A stretch of 64,000 nucleotides of DNA from an uncultured Alphaproteobacteria bacterium (GTDB lineage Bacteria > Pseudomonadota > Alphaproteobacteria > HIMB59 > GCA-002718135): assembly GCA_902576125.1 (NCBI GenBank), contig CACGUF010000004.1:363-64362 (forward strand), written 5' to 3'. The position numbers and the translations under genes were made by a program. This document shows, one piece after another, positions 53,891 to 63,108 of the stretch; position 1 is the stretch's first letter; every line of letters starts with the position of its first letter. The notes beneath the pieces are model-generated. The model was given only the letters and a program-made list of their open reading frames with translations. It made no database searches and had not been told where the DNA came from.

Positions 53891-54703
53891 TTGGAAAATT
53901 CTAGTAACTTTTCAGAATTAGTAGATGCAAACAAAGTTTGGGCAATAGGTTCTTTACATTCAGGCTTAGACTCATTTAATTCAATTAAAAACTATATCTT
54001 ATCTAATTTTGAATTAGGAGATAAATTAATATTTTTAGGCAATGTAATAGGCTTTGGAAATAAATCAAAAGAGATTGTAAATGAAGTTTTAAAATTAAGA
54101 TTTAAACTTATGGCTAAACATAAACTTCAAAATAATGACATAGTTTTTTTAAGAGGAGCACAAGAAGAAATGTTTAGTAAACTACTTCAATTGCATATTG
54201 CACCTAATCCATTAGAAATTTTAGATTGGGTTTTTAGTCATGGGGTTGATCAGACATTAATATCATACAGATTTGATCCTGATGAATTTAGAAAAATTGC
54301 TACACAAGGTACTATTCACATAAATAAATTAACTACAAAATTAAATAATGAAATATTATCAAGCCCTGGGCATAAAGAATTTTTTTCAAATTTAAAGCAC
54401 GCAGCATATACAGATACAAAAGAGGTGCTATTTGTAAATCGAGGGGTTGATATATCAAGACCTTTATCAGCACAAAATGATTGCTTTTGGTGGGGCTATC
54501 AAAATTTTTCACAAATTAATAAGCCGTATTTTTCATTCAAAAGAATAGTGAGAGGTTATCAATCAAACTCTCATAATGATATCGAAAACTCTAAATCAAT
54601 GGTTTTGTGTACACTTTTTAAGCAACCACTAGAAAGTAAAAAAATTATAGCAGGAATTTTTGCTAAAAATGGAGATATTTTAGAATTATTTGAATCAAAA
54701 TGA
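53891..54703 (+). CDS. Metallophosphoesterase (PPP/ApaH-like) homolog with all metal-ligand motifs apparently substituted (candidate pseudoenzyme)
   Basis: TTG start directly after the carD stop. The motif order is preserved but degenerate: GSLHSG for GDxHG, FLGNVIGFG for GDxxDRG, LRGAQEE for GNHE, FVNRGVD for xHAGx, and VRGYQSNS for xGHTP. DWVFSHGVDQTLISY matches the W..GG..T..sY segment. Confidence 0.45.
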   Translation: MENSSNFSELVDANKVWAIGSLHSGLDSFNSIKNYILSNFELGDKLIFLGNVIGFGNKSKEIVNEVLKLRFKLMAKHKLQNNDIVFLRGAQEEMFSKLLQLHIAPNPLEILDWVFSHGVDQTLISYRFDPDEFRKIATQGTIHINKLTTKLNNEILSSPGHKEFFSNLKHAAYTDTKEVLFVNRGVDISRPLSAQNDCFWWGYQNFSQINKPYFSFKRIVRGYQSNSHNDIENSKSMVLCTLFKQPLESKKIIAGIFAKNGDILELFESK

Positions 54704-54736
54704 TCCAAATTGAAGTTTGTGCGTATAAATTAATAT

Positions 54737-55600
54737 ATGACTTTAAGAGCACTAATTTCTAATAACTTAGTTGAGTTTTCAAAGAAATCTAAAATTCTTG
54801 ATAAAGAAGAAGAGTTCCATCACATTGAAAATTGGAGAAATAAAAGGGAATCAAAGTCTCTGCAGGTTATTTTAAATTCTTATCTAAGATTAGCCGTTTC
54901 ATATGCAAGAAAATATAAAAGCTATGGTTTGCCACTTGATGATTTAATTCATGAGGGCGTTCTAGGGATAATGCATGCTTTAGAAAAGTTTGATACATCT
55001 AAAGGCTTTAGATTATCAACATATGCATCTTGGTGGATTAGAGCATCAATACAGGATTATATATTAAAAAATTGGTCAGTTGTAAAAACTGGCTCTACAG
55101 CTTCTCAAAAAGCTCTTTTCTTTAACTTAAGAAAAATTAAACAACAAATATCAGAGGCTTCCTCTGATTATATGGGTCAAAGAGAAATTAATAAAGTATC
55201 TGAAATGCTAAATGTGAAAAGTTTTGAGGTTCAAAATATGGAATCAAGATTAAGTGGTGGTGATGTATTCCTCAATCAAAAGATTGATAATGACTCAGAA
55301 AATGATCTTATGAGTTTATTAGAGGATGATAGGGCTAATCCTGAAGAGTCATTTCAAAGTTTTAATGATGGCAAAATTAAAAAAGATTTTTTAGATAAAG
55401 CTATTTTATCATTAAATGAACGTGAAAGAACGATAATAAAATTAAGAAAATTAAGAGAAAAGAGCATTACACTAGATGAGTTGGGGCAAATGCTTAAAAT
55501 AAGTAAAGAAAGAGTTAGGCAAATTGAAACAAAAGCTCTAGAAAAATTAAAAACTACAATTCTTGAAATTTCTCAACAAAATAAAGAATTTTTTATTTGA
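54737..55600 (+). CDS. rpoH: Heat-shock sigma factor RpoH (sigma-32)
   Basis: DLIHEGVLGIMHALEKFD, YASWWIRASIQDYIL, the RpoH box QKALFFNLRK, and region 4.2 ISKERVRQIETKALEKL. Confidence 0.9.
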   Translation: MTLRALISNNLVEFSKKSKILDKEEEFHHIENWRNKRESKSLQVILNSYLRLAVSYARKYKSYGLPLDDLIHEGVLGIMHALEKFDTSKGFRLSTYASWWIRASIQDYILKNWSVVKTGSTASQKALFFNLRKIKQQISEASSDYMGQREINKVSEMLNVKSFEVQNMESRLSGGDVFLNQKIDNDSENDLMSLLEDDRANPEESFQSFNDGKIKKDFLDKAILSLNERERTIIKLRKLREKSITLDELGQMLKISKERVRQIETKALEKLKTTILEISQQNKEFFI

Positions 55601-55631
55601 TACTTACTCCTCTATAAAATAAAGTTATCAT

Positions 55632-56165
55632 ATGTTTCGTCTATTTTTTCTAATGTTAATATTTTTAGTTAAACCCTCTATTCTGTCTGCACAAGGATAT
55701 GATGTTTTTGGAATAGGAATATATGATGTTAAGTTTGATGGATCATCTTCTAACTATGCCACAGATTTTAGATACGAAAGACGTTTCGCCAATACATTAG
55801 TTGATATTGGACCAGAAGATGATAATTTTTTTTATTTAAAACCATTTGTTGGTATTGAAACAACAACAGACTCTGCTTTTTATATTTTGGGAGGTATTTA
55901 TTTAGAAGATAATCTAGGAAAACTTATGATAGGAAATGAAAATGAGTGGAATTTTACACCTAGTTTTGGCTTTGGATATTATGATGATGGAAATGGAAAA
56001 AAATTAGGCAATAAACTAGAGTTTAGAACTACTTTTGAAATAAGCTACCAATTAAAAAATAAGAATAGGATTGGTTTGTCACTTGGCCATATATCTAATG
56101 CTAACATTGGTAACAAAAATCCCGGAGTAGAAATAATAAGTTTTTCTTATCAAAAACCCTTTTAA
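55632..56165 (+). CDS. Acyloxyacyl hydrolase / lipid A deacylase PagL-like outer-membrane protein
   Basis: Signal peptide, small beta-barrel size, C-terminal LSLGHISNANIGNKNPGVEIISFSYQKPF (HxSN catalytic context, terminal Phe). Confidence 0.55.
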   Translation: MFRLFFLMLIFLVKPSILSAQGYDVFGIGIYDVKFDGSSSNYATDFRYERRFANTLVDIGPEDDNFFYLKPFVGIETTTDSAFYILGGIYLEDNLGKLMIGNENEWNFTPSFGFGYYDDGNGKKLGNKLEFRTTFEISYQLKNKNRIGLSLGHISNANIGNKNPGVEIISFSYQKPF

Positions 56166-57148
56166 TTTATTAATACATTTTTTTCTTTTACAAAATTTAA
56201 AAATATTTTTTCTAGACTATCAAAATTATTAGTTTTCATATTATTGTGAATATCAACTTTAAATTTTTTTCCATTTTCTATACCAAAAAATATATTTAAA
56301 AGTGGACTTAACAACCTATAAATAGAATCGGTTCCAATTTTTGGTTTTATATATTCAAAATATTGAATAATTGTCTCTTCAGAAACTTTATAAGAAGATG
56401 ATGTATTAAAAAATAAATTATCAACTTTTTTTAAACAAAAAGGGTTATTTTGTATTAATCTTCCAACCATAATCCCGTCAAAAATTTTTGACAAATCAAA
56501 AGCTTTTTCAATACTATCTATTCCACCATTAAGTATAAAAGTTATATGCGGATATCTTTTTTTAACCCTTTTAACAAAATCATAATTTAATGGAGGAATG
56601 TTTCTGTTATCTTTAGGGCTGAAACCATTTAATATTGCATTTCTTGCATGCACATATACTATTCTAATTCCACTTTTAATAATTTCATCAACAAACTCTT
56701 CAAAAAATTCATAATTAAAATTTTTTCCAATTCCAATTCTGCATTTAATTGATACTTCAATATTTTTATTAATTTGCATAGAGCTTAAACAATTCTTTAC
56801 TAAATTTTTGTCTTGCATCAAGCACGCTCCAAAACTTCCTTTTTGCACTGCTTTACTAGGGCAACCAACATTTAAATTTATTTCATCATAATCTAATTCA
56901 TAGGCAATATTAGCGCACTTTTTTAAATCATTATAATCAGACCCTCCTACCTGCAACGCAATTGGATTTTTTTTGTCATTTGCTATTATTAAATTAGAAT
57001 TTCTAGAATGGATTAAAGTTTTTGTTGCTATCATTTCTGAAAATAAAAAAGCTTTTTTAGATAATATTCTATATAAATTTCTAGCGTAAGGGGTTGTACA
57101 TCCCATCATAGGGGCAACACAAAATTTACGTTCTAAATTATTTTTCAT
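56162..57148 (-). CDS. dusA: tRNA-dihydrouridine synthase A
   Basis: FCVAPMMGCTTPYARNLYRILS, EINLNVGCPS, VSIKCRIG and VHARNAIL. Confidence 0.9.
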   Translation of the reverse strand: MKNNLERKFCVAPMMGCTTPYARNLYRILSKKAFLFSEMIATKTLIHSRNSNLIIANDKKNPIALQVGGSDYNDLKKCANIAYELDYDEINLNVGCPSKAVQKGSFGACLMQDKNLVKNCLSSMQINKNIEVSIKCRIGIGKNFNYEFFEEFVDEIIKSGIRIVYVHARNAILNGFSPKDNRNIPPLNYDFVKRVKKRYPHITFILNGGIDSIEKAFDLSKIFDGIMVGRLIQNNPFCLKKVDNLFFNTSSSYKVSEETIIQYFEYIKPKIGTDSIYRLLSPLLNIFFGIENGKKFKVDIHNNMKTNNFDSLEKIFLNFVKEKNVLIN

Positions 57149-57243
57149 GACTAAAATTATTCATTAAAATCAAAGTTAATTACACTTCTAAACACTTGCC
57201 TACAATAATTTGTTAATATAAGTAACTTTTTAAGGTAATATTT

Positions 57244-57888
57244 ATGATAAAAAAAACAAATTCTTTGCCGAGATTTTTAGTTGATCGATATAAAATTTGG
57301 AAAAAAACTTATTATTTTAAAAATCAACATAATTTTAAGAAATTATCTAAACTTCCACAAAAGCCAAAAGCTATGATTATTTCTTGTTGTGATTCTAGAA
57401 TAAATCCAACCTCTATTTTTGGAGCTAAGGAAGGTGAGTTATTTATACATAGAAATATTGCAAATATAATACCACCATACAATTCAACTAATATTGATAA
57501 TTCAACTTTTGCAGCAATAGAATATGCAATTAAGAAACTTAAAGTTCCAAACCTAATTATTTTGGGTCATACAAATTGTGGAGGAATCAAAGCTATTTAT
57601 GATCAGCATTTTAAAGGTGCTAAAAATAATTACAAATTTGTGAACAGGTGGTTAAAAAATATTTCTGCAGTATTTTTAAAATTGCCAAAAAAATTATCAA
57701 AAAAAAATCAAATAATTTTTCTAGAAGAAGAGGGTGTTAAAGTTTCAATCAATAATTTATTAAATTATCCAAATATTAAAAATCTTGTTACCAAAAAAAA
57801 ATTATTAATTAGTGGCTTAATATTTGATATAAGTTCAGGTGATATTAAATCTTTAAATTCTTCAAATAACAAATTTGAGAAAATTTAA
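57244..57888 (+). CDS. Beta-class carbonic anhydrase
   Basis: ISCCDSRINP, GELFIHRNIAN and LGHTNCGGI (the Cys/His/Cys zinc site pattern). Confidence 0.9.
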   Translation: MIKKTNSLPRFLVDRYKIWKKTYYFKNQHNFKKLSKLPQKPKAMIISCCDSRINPTSIFGAKEGELFIHRNIANIIPPYNSTNIDNSTFAAIEYAIKKLKVPNLIILGHTNCGGIKAIYDQHFKGAKNNYKFVNRWLKNISAVFLKLPKKLSKKNQIIFLEEEGVKVSINNLLNYPNIKNLVTKKKLLISGLIFDISSGDIKSLNSSNNKFEKI

Positions 57889-58689
57889 TTATTTATAGGA
57901 GTGTTTTGATAATGGGAATTTTTTATTTTTAACATCTCTTACAAAGTTATTAACTGCCATTGAAATACTTCCCTCAATATTGATAAAATTTTTGACAAAT
58001 TTGGGTTTTTTAATGTCTGAATTAAAATTTAATATATCATCAATAACCAAAACTTGACCATCACAATTTTTTGAAGCACCAATTCCTATTGTGGGAATAG
58101 ATAAAATATCTGTTATTTTTTTTGCAGTAGATTGATTAATGCATTCTAAAACAATAAATTTAGAACCTGCTTTTTCGAGTTTGGCTGCTAAATCTAATAA
58201 TTTTTTAGCTTCATTAGGTTGTTTTCCAACACTTTTTATCTTTTTGAAATCAGAATATTTTTGTGGGTTTACACCTATATGAGCAACAACTTTAATTTTA
58301 TTTTTTGATAAATGCTCGACTATTTCAATATTATTTAAATCTGTTTCAATTTTAATAAAATCTGCTTTCGTAAAAGAAATTATTTCCAATGCATTTTTCA
58401 AGGCTTCTTTTTTATTACGATAAGTATTGTATGGCATATCAATTATTGTCATTGAAAGTTTTGTATTAATTACAACCGCTTTTCCATGACTTTTCATCAT
58501 TTCAAAAGTAACACCTCTTGTATTTTTCATTCCATATAAAGTTGTTCCAACAGAGTCACCGATTAGTATAAGATCAACTTTGCCATCTAATATATTAGCT
58601 AAAGGCATTGAATATGCAGTTAAACATGTGATCGGAATTTTATTTTTTTTTTTTAATAATTTTTTGTAATTAATTTTTATTTTTTTCAT
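57889..58689 (-). CDS. panB: 3-methyl-2-oxobutanoate hydroxymethyltransferase
   Basis: ITCLTAYSMPLANILD..VDLILIGDSVG...G, IKIE, VAHIG and GIGAS...DGQVLV. Confidence 0.9.
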   Translation of the reverse strand: MKKIKINYKKLLKKKNKIPITCLTAYSMPLANILDGKVDLILIGDSVGTTLYGMKNTRGVTFEMMKSHGKAVVINTKLSMTIIDMPYNTYRNKKEALKNALEIISFTKADFIKIETDLNNIEIVEHLSKNKIKVVAHIGVNPQKYSDFKKIKSVGKQPNEAKKLLDLAAKLEKAGSKFIVLECINQSTAKKITDILSIPTIGIGASKNCDGQVLVIDDILNFNSDIKKPKFVKNFINIEGSISMAVNNFVRDVKNKKFPLSKHSYK

Positions 58690-58692
58690 ATT

Positions 58693-59391
58693 TTATACAG
58701 ATCGCGTTATACCACCATCAACTCTGATGTTTTGACCAGTTATATATGCGCCTCCTTCTGAGGCTAACATTTCAATAACAGCTGAAATTTCACTTACCTT
58801 TCCATATCTGTTAATAGGTATACGCTTTAAGAACTCTTCTTTTTCTGGTAAACTGTCTATAAAACCAGGCAATACATTATTCATTCTAATATTAAATTTT
58901 GCATACTTATCAGAATAAAGTTTTGTAAAGCTAGATAAGCCAGATCTAAAAACCCCTGAAGTTGGAAAGCTTGACTCAGGTTCAAAAGTGGCAAAAGTAG
59001 AAATATTTATTATTGAGCCGTTTCTTTGTTTTTGCATAATTGGTGTAACTAATCTTGCAGCCCTAACAACATTTAAAAAATATATTTCCATACCTTTAAT
59101 CCAATTTTCATCTGTTATTTCTAAAATTTCTCCTTTTGGACCATGTCCAGCACTATTTACAAGAACATCAATTTTACCAAATTTAGATAAAACTTTTTCA
59201 ATGAAATTTTCTATATCTTTCGTTATTAAATTTGATCCTGTAAAACCTAGCCCACCTAACTCTATTGCCAATCTTTCACCTTTGCCAGACGAAGACATTA
59301 TTGCTATATCATACCCCCCTTTTTTTAGAATTTTGGCTGCATCCGCACCCATTCCAGAACCTGAAGCAATAAATACGGCTATCTTTTTCAT
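58693..59391 (-). CDS. Short-chain dehydrogenase/reductase (SDR) family oxidoreductase
   Basis: N-terminal VFIASGSGMGADAA dinucleotide loop, NSAG, IINIST, and C-terminal GQNIRVDGG. Confidence 0.85.
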   Translation of the reverse strand: MKKIAVFIASGSGMGADAAKILKKGGYDIAIMSSSGKGERLAIELGGLGFTGSNLITKDIENFIEKVLSKFGKIDVLVNSAGHGPKGEILEITDENWIKGMEIYFLNVVRAARLVTPIMQKQRNGSIINISTFATFEPESSFPTSGVFRSGLSSFTKLYSDKYAKFNIRMNNVLPGFIDSLPEKEEFLKRIPINRYGKVSEISAVIEMLASEGGAYITGQNIRVDGGITRSV

Positions 59392-59448
59392 TAATTACTA
59401 ATTACATATTAAATATAAAAATATCCACTAACAAAATAAATATTTCTT

Positions 59449-60699
59449 TTAGACAGATATCAATTTTCTTTCAGAAAGAGGACTTTCTTTCACAGGTAAA
59501 TGTATTATTGCTGAAAAGGCACCTACTCCAATCCCTACCCACCAAACTAAATCATAACTTCCATACATATCATAAAAAATTCCACCTAACCAAACTCCAA
59601 CAAAGGAACCAATTTGATGAGACAAGAAAACTATACCGTAAAGAGTTCCCATAAATTTTAATCCATATATATAACCTATAATTCCAGATGTAAGAGGAAC
59701 TGTTGCAAGCCACAAAGATCCCATTACAATTGAAAAAACAACAACGGAGGTTGGTGTTATTGGCAACATTATGAAAGCTATTGCAGCAATTGTTCTTCCG
59801 GTATAAATCATAGATAGTAAATATTTTTTTGTAAAATGCTTTCCTAATGCACCGGCAGCTATTGAACCTAAAATATTAAAAAGTCCAATTAAAGCAATTG
59901 ATAATGCGCCTAAAGATGCAACAGAATTACAAACTAAACTAATTAGACTTCCCTGAATAATAGGACTGCTAGCCTCTGCTATGAATGCAGGAAAATGAGC
60001 AGTAATAAAAGCTAGCTGGAACCCACATGAAAAGAAACCAAGAAAAAGCATAGAATAAGTTGGATCTTTAAATGCATCTTTAAGAGCATCACTTAAATTT
60101 TCCTCAACTTCTTTTTTGGAAATTTCTGATTTTGACTTAAGAAGAGGAACTAATACAATTGTTAAAATACTAATTATTGCAAATATAATAAAAACTGACG
60201 ACCATGGCATTATTTCCAGAAGTCCTGCTGCAAAAGGAGGACCTACAACTTGTCCCGCAGATCCAGCTGCAGTTGTTAGACCTAAAGCTAAAGATCTTTT
60301 TTCAGGTGCTGCTGTTCTACCAACTACTGCTAGTATTGGACCAAAGCCACTTCCAGCAATTCCGAAACCAATCAAAATATTTAGAAATTGATGAGCTTCA
60401 GGAGAAGATGCTGAACTGCTAATAAAGATCCCGGCAGCATATAAAATTAATCCTAAAGTTATTGCTTTTCTATCTCCAAACTTTTCTGCAAATGCACTAA
60501 AAATAGGAGTTCCAATCCCCCATGCTAAATTTTGAATAGCTATTGCCATTGAAAATTCTGATCTAGCCCACATAAACTCTTCAGCTATTGGTATTTGAAA
60601 AAGACCAAAAGTTGAACGAATAGCAAAACTAATTAATAAAATTAAACTCCCCCCAATCAGTACAGGAGTAAATATATTTGTATTATTTTTTTTGCTCAT
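59449..60699 (-). CDS. MFS transporter
   Basis: 416 aa, about 12 TM segments, with AFAEKFGDRKAITLG in the loop 2-3 position. Substrate not assignable. Confidence 0.85.
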   Translation of the reverse strand: MSKKNNTNIFTPVLIGGSLILLISFAIRSTFGLFQIPIAEEFMWARSEFSMAIAIQNLAWGIGTPIFSAFAEKFGDRKAITLGLILYAAGIFISSSASSPEAHQFLNILIGFGIAGSGFGPILAVVGRTAAPEKRSLALGLTTAAGSAGQVVGPPFAAGLLEIMPWSSVFIIFAIISILTIVLVPLLKSKSEISKKEVEENLSDALKDAFKDPTYSMLFLGFFSCGFQLAFITAHFPAFIAEASSPIIQGSLISLVCNSVASLGALSIALIGLFNILGSIAAGALGKHFTKKYLLSMIYTGRTIAAIAFIMLPITPTSVVVFSIVMGSLWLATVPLTSGIIGYIYGLKFMGTLYGIVFLSHQIGSFVGVWLGGIFYDMYGSYDLVWWVGIGVGAFSAIIHLPVKESPLSERKLISV

Positions 60700-60748
60700 A
60701 AATAAATTTAATGAACGTAGCAGTTTAAATAAACTAATCTATTAAAAA

Positions 60749-61231
60749 TTAAGCTCTTTGAACAATCTGTTGTTTTTCTGACTCTTCCTTTTCAGGAATT
60801 ACATACGCAATAGCACAATGTTCAATACAATATGGTTTTTCTTCAAATCTTTCTTTACCACAAAATTTGAAGTCAGACTCATCAGGATGGCCTTCTGGCC
60901 ACTCACATCCCCTTTTTGTATTTTTGGTAAATAAATTTTTCACCACTGGTTGGAAGTTTTGATGGACAATAGGTTTTTCTTTAGCTTCATCTTTCACAAC
61001 TTCCGCAACTTCAAAGTTTAATTTAGGAATAATTGGTGATCTAGCTTTTTTTCTATCAGGTTTTACTGCAGTACGCCTAATTGGTGACGGTCTTCTTTCA
61101 AGTCCAATTCTATGTGCTTTTCCCACAACAGCATTTTTTGTAAACCCAAGTAACTTCCCAATTTGGGCAGTAGGCAAACCCTGATCCCATAATTCTCTTA
61201 ATTTGGAAACATTACTTTCATCCCAGGGCAT
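60749..61231 (-). CDS. gcrA: Cell-cycle transcriptional regulator GcrA
   Basis: MPWDESNVSKLRELWDQGLPTAQIGKLLGFTKNAVVGKAHRIGL and the C-terminal CEWPEGHP....FKFCG......PYCIEH. Confidence 0.85.
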   Translation of the reverse strand: MPWDESNVSKLRELWDQGLPTAQIGKLLGFTKNAVVGKAHRIGLERRPSPIRRTAVKPDRKKARSPIIPKLNFEVAEVVKDEAKEKPIVHQNFQPVVKNLFTKNTKRGCEWPEGHPDESDFKFCGKERFEEKPYCIEHCAIAYVIPEKEESEKQQIVQRA

Positions 61232-61374
61232 AATCTATCCTTTTATAATATCTACATATAGTAGTAGAAAGACCAACTATTATACTAAATGTACTACCAC
61301 ACCAAGAAAAAACTGGGCTTTTTTATGAAAAAACAATAAAAAACATGTATTTCTTTATATAATTTTAAAAAATA

Positions 61375-62571
61375 ATGAAAAATCTTAGTAATTACGAAAT
61401 TGTAAATAAAAAGGTATTATTTAGAGCTGATCTAAATGTCCCAGTTGTTGATGGGGTAATTACTGATAGATCTAGAATTTTTGCAATTAAATCTTCCATT
61501 GAAAGCCTCATCAGAAAAAAAAATAAGATTTTTATACTAGCTCATTTTGGAAGACCAAAGGGAGAAATTATTGAAAAATATTCTTTAAAATTCATTCTTC
61601 CATTACTCACAAAAATTCTTGAAGTTGAAAAAATATATTTTTTAGAAAACCTGCATAAAGTAAATATTAATAAAAAAGTTGATGAGATGCACTACGGTGA
61701 AATTTGTCTTGTTGAAAATATTAGATTTGAAAAAAGTGAAGAAAAAAGTGATTTAGATTTTGCTAAAAATTTGAGTAGTTTTTTTGATGTCTATGTTAAT
61801 GATGCTTTTTCAGCCTCGCATAGAAATCACGCATCAATTACAGGTTTACCAAAGTATATTCCAGCTGTTGCCGGAAATCATTTAATTAAAGAAATAAAAA
61901 GCATTAACTCTTTTTTAGAAAATTCCAAAAAACCAAATATTGCTATTGTTGGCGGCTCAAAAATATCTACAAAAATTAATCTTTTAAATAATTTAATTCA
62001 ACAATTTAATTGTGTTGTTATTGCTGGAGCCATGGCTAATACATTTTTATTATCAAACAACATACCAATAGGACAATCATTAGTTGAAAAAGATTTAGTT
62101 GATGAAGCTATAAATATTCAAAAAAGAGCTAATCAATTAAATTGTAAATTAATACTTCCAACGGATGTAGTTTGTGGCAAAAGTATAGAAGATAAAAAGC
62201 CTGTACATTTAAATATTAATGAAATCTTATCAGATTATATGATTTTAGATATTGGAAATAATACAACAGAAGAAATTAATAATGCAATCAAGAATTCAAA
62301 AATGGTTTTGTGGAATGGCCCTCTAGGAGCATTTGAACACAAACCATATGATAAGGCTACAAATGAAATTGCACTTAATATTAAAGAAAATGCAAAAAGA
62401 TTTAGTATTCAAGCTCTAGCTGGAGGAGGAGATACAATTTCTTCAATTAAAAATGTAAATGCAGAAGATGGTTTTGATTATATTTCTAACGCAGGTGGCG
62501 CCTTTTTAGAATGGTTGGAAGGCAATCAATCTCCAGGTGTTATAGCGTTAATAGAAAATAATTTTAGTTAA
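61375..62571 (+). CDS. pgk: Phosphoglycerate kinase
   Basis: KKVLFRADLNVP, ILAHFGRPKG, NDAFSASHR, IVGGSKISTKI and AGGGDT. Confidence 0.97.
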   Translation: MKNLSNYEIVNKKVLFRADLNVPVVDGVITDRSRIFAIKSSIESLIRKKNKIFILAHFGRPKGEIIEKYSLKFILPLLTKILEVEKIYFLENLHKVNINKKVDEMHYGEICLVENIRFEKSEEKSDLDFAKNLSSFFDVYVNDAFSASHRNHASITGLPKYIPAVAGNHLIKEIKSINSFLENSKKPNIAIVGGSKISTKINLLNNLIQQFNCVVIAGAMANTFLLSNNIPIGQSLVEKDLVDEAINIQKRANQLNCKLILPTDVVCGKSIEDKKPVHLNINEILSDYMILDIGNNTTEEINNAIKNSKMVLWNGPLGAFEHKPYDKATNEIALNIKENAKRFSIQALAGGGDTISSIKNVNAEDGFDYISNAGGAFLEWLEGNQSPGVIALIENNFS

Positions 62572-63107
62572 TCCTCAATTTGATATTTTTTTATTAATGG
62601 AAATTGAGTCATAGTGAAAATAAAAGTAATAGGTAAAATTCCAAAAACTTTAAAATTTACCCATATATCTGTTGATTGTGTTCTCCATACAATTTCATTT
62701 AGGATTGCAAGTGCAATAAAAAATCCTATCCAGCGGTAAGTTAGTATTCTCCACCCTTCTTCTTCAAGCTTTAGTGCTGCTCCAAGTAAAATTTTTAGTA
62801 AAGGTTTTCTTATAAGCATACCGCCATAGAGAATTAGTGCAAAAAGTAAATTAATGATAGTAGGTTTCATTTTAAAAAAAACTTCATTATCAAAGTAAAT
62901 TGTTAATCCACCAAAAATTAAAACAATTCCAGCTCCAACTGTTGGCATAATAGGTATTTTTTTTTCAAGAATGTAAGAAAACATCACTGCAATTACAGTT
63001 GCTATCATAAAAGGTAGAATTGATGCTTGCAGTCCACTTCTTGTATAGAATATAAAAAAAACAGCTAATGGCCCTATATCTATTAAAAGTTTATAGATTG
63101 CTTTCAT
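62568..63107 (-). CDS. yciB: Intracellular septation protein A (YciB/IspZ family)
   Basis: 179 aa, five TM segments. DIGPLAVFFI...KMKPTIINLLFA...W.NFKVFG is the YciB pattern. Confidence 0.8.
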   Translation of the reverse strand: MKAIYKLLIDIGPLAVFFIFYTRSGLQASILPFMIATVIAVMFSYILEKKIPIMPTVGAGIVLIFGGLTIYFDNEVFFKMKPTIINLLFALILYGGMLIRKPLLKILLGAALKLEEEGWRILTYRWIGFFIALAILNEIVWRTQSTDIWVNFKVFGILPITFIFTMTQFPLIKKYQIED

Positions 63108-63108
63108 G

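Noticed and set aside
61232-61374. Looked for GANTC (CcrM) methylation sites, TTAA-N7-TTAA CtrA boxes or DnaA boxes in the gcrA/pgk divergent promoter region.
   Set aside because: I found no GANTC site and no properly spaced CtrA box by eye, so I cannot support any regulatory site claim.
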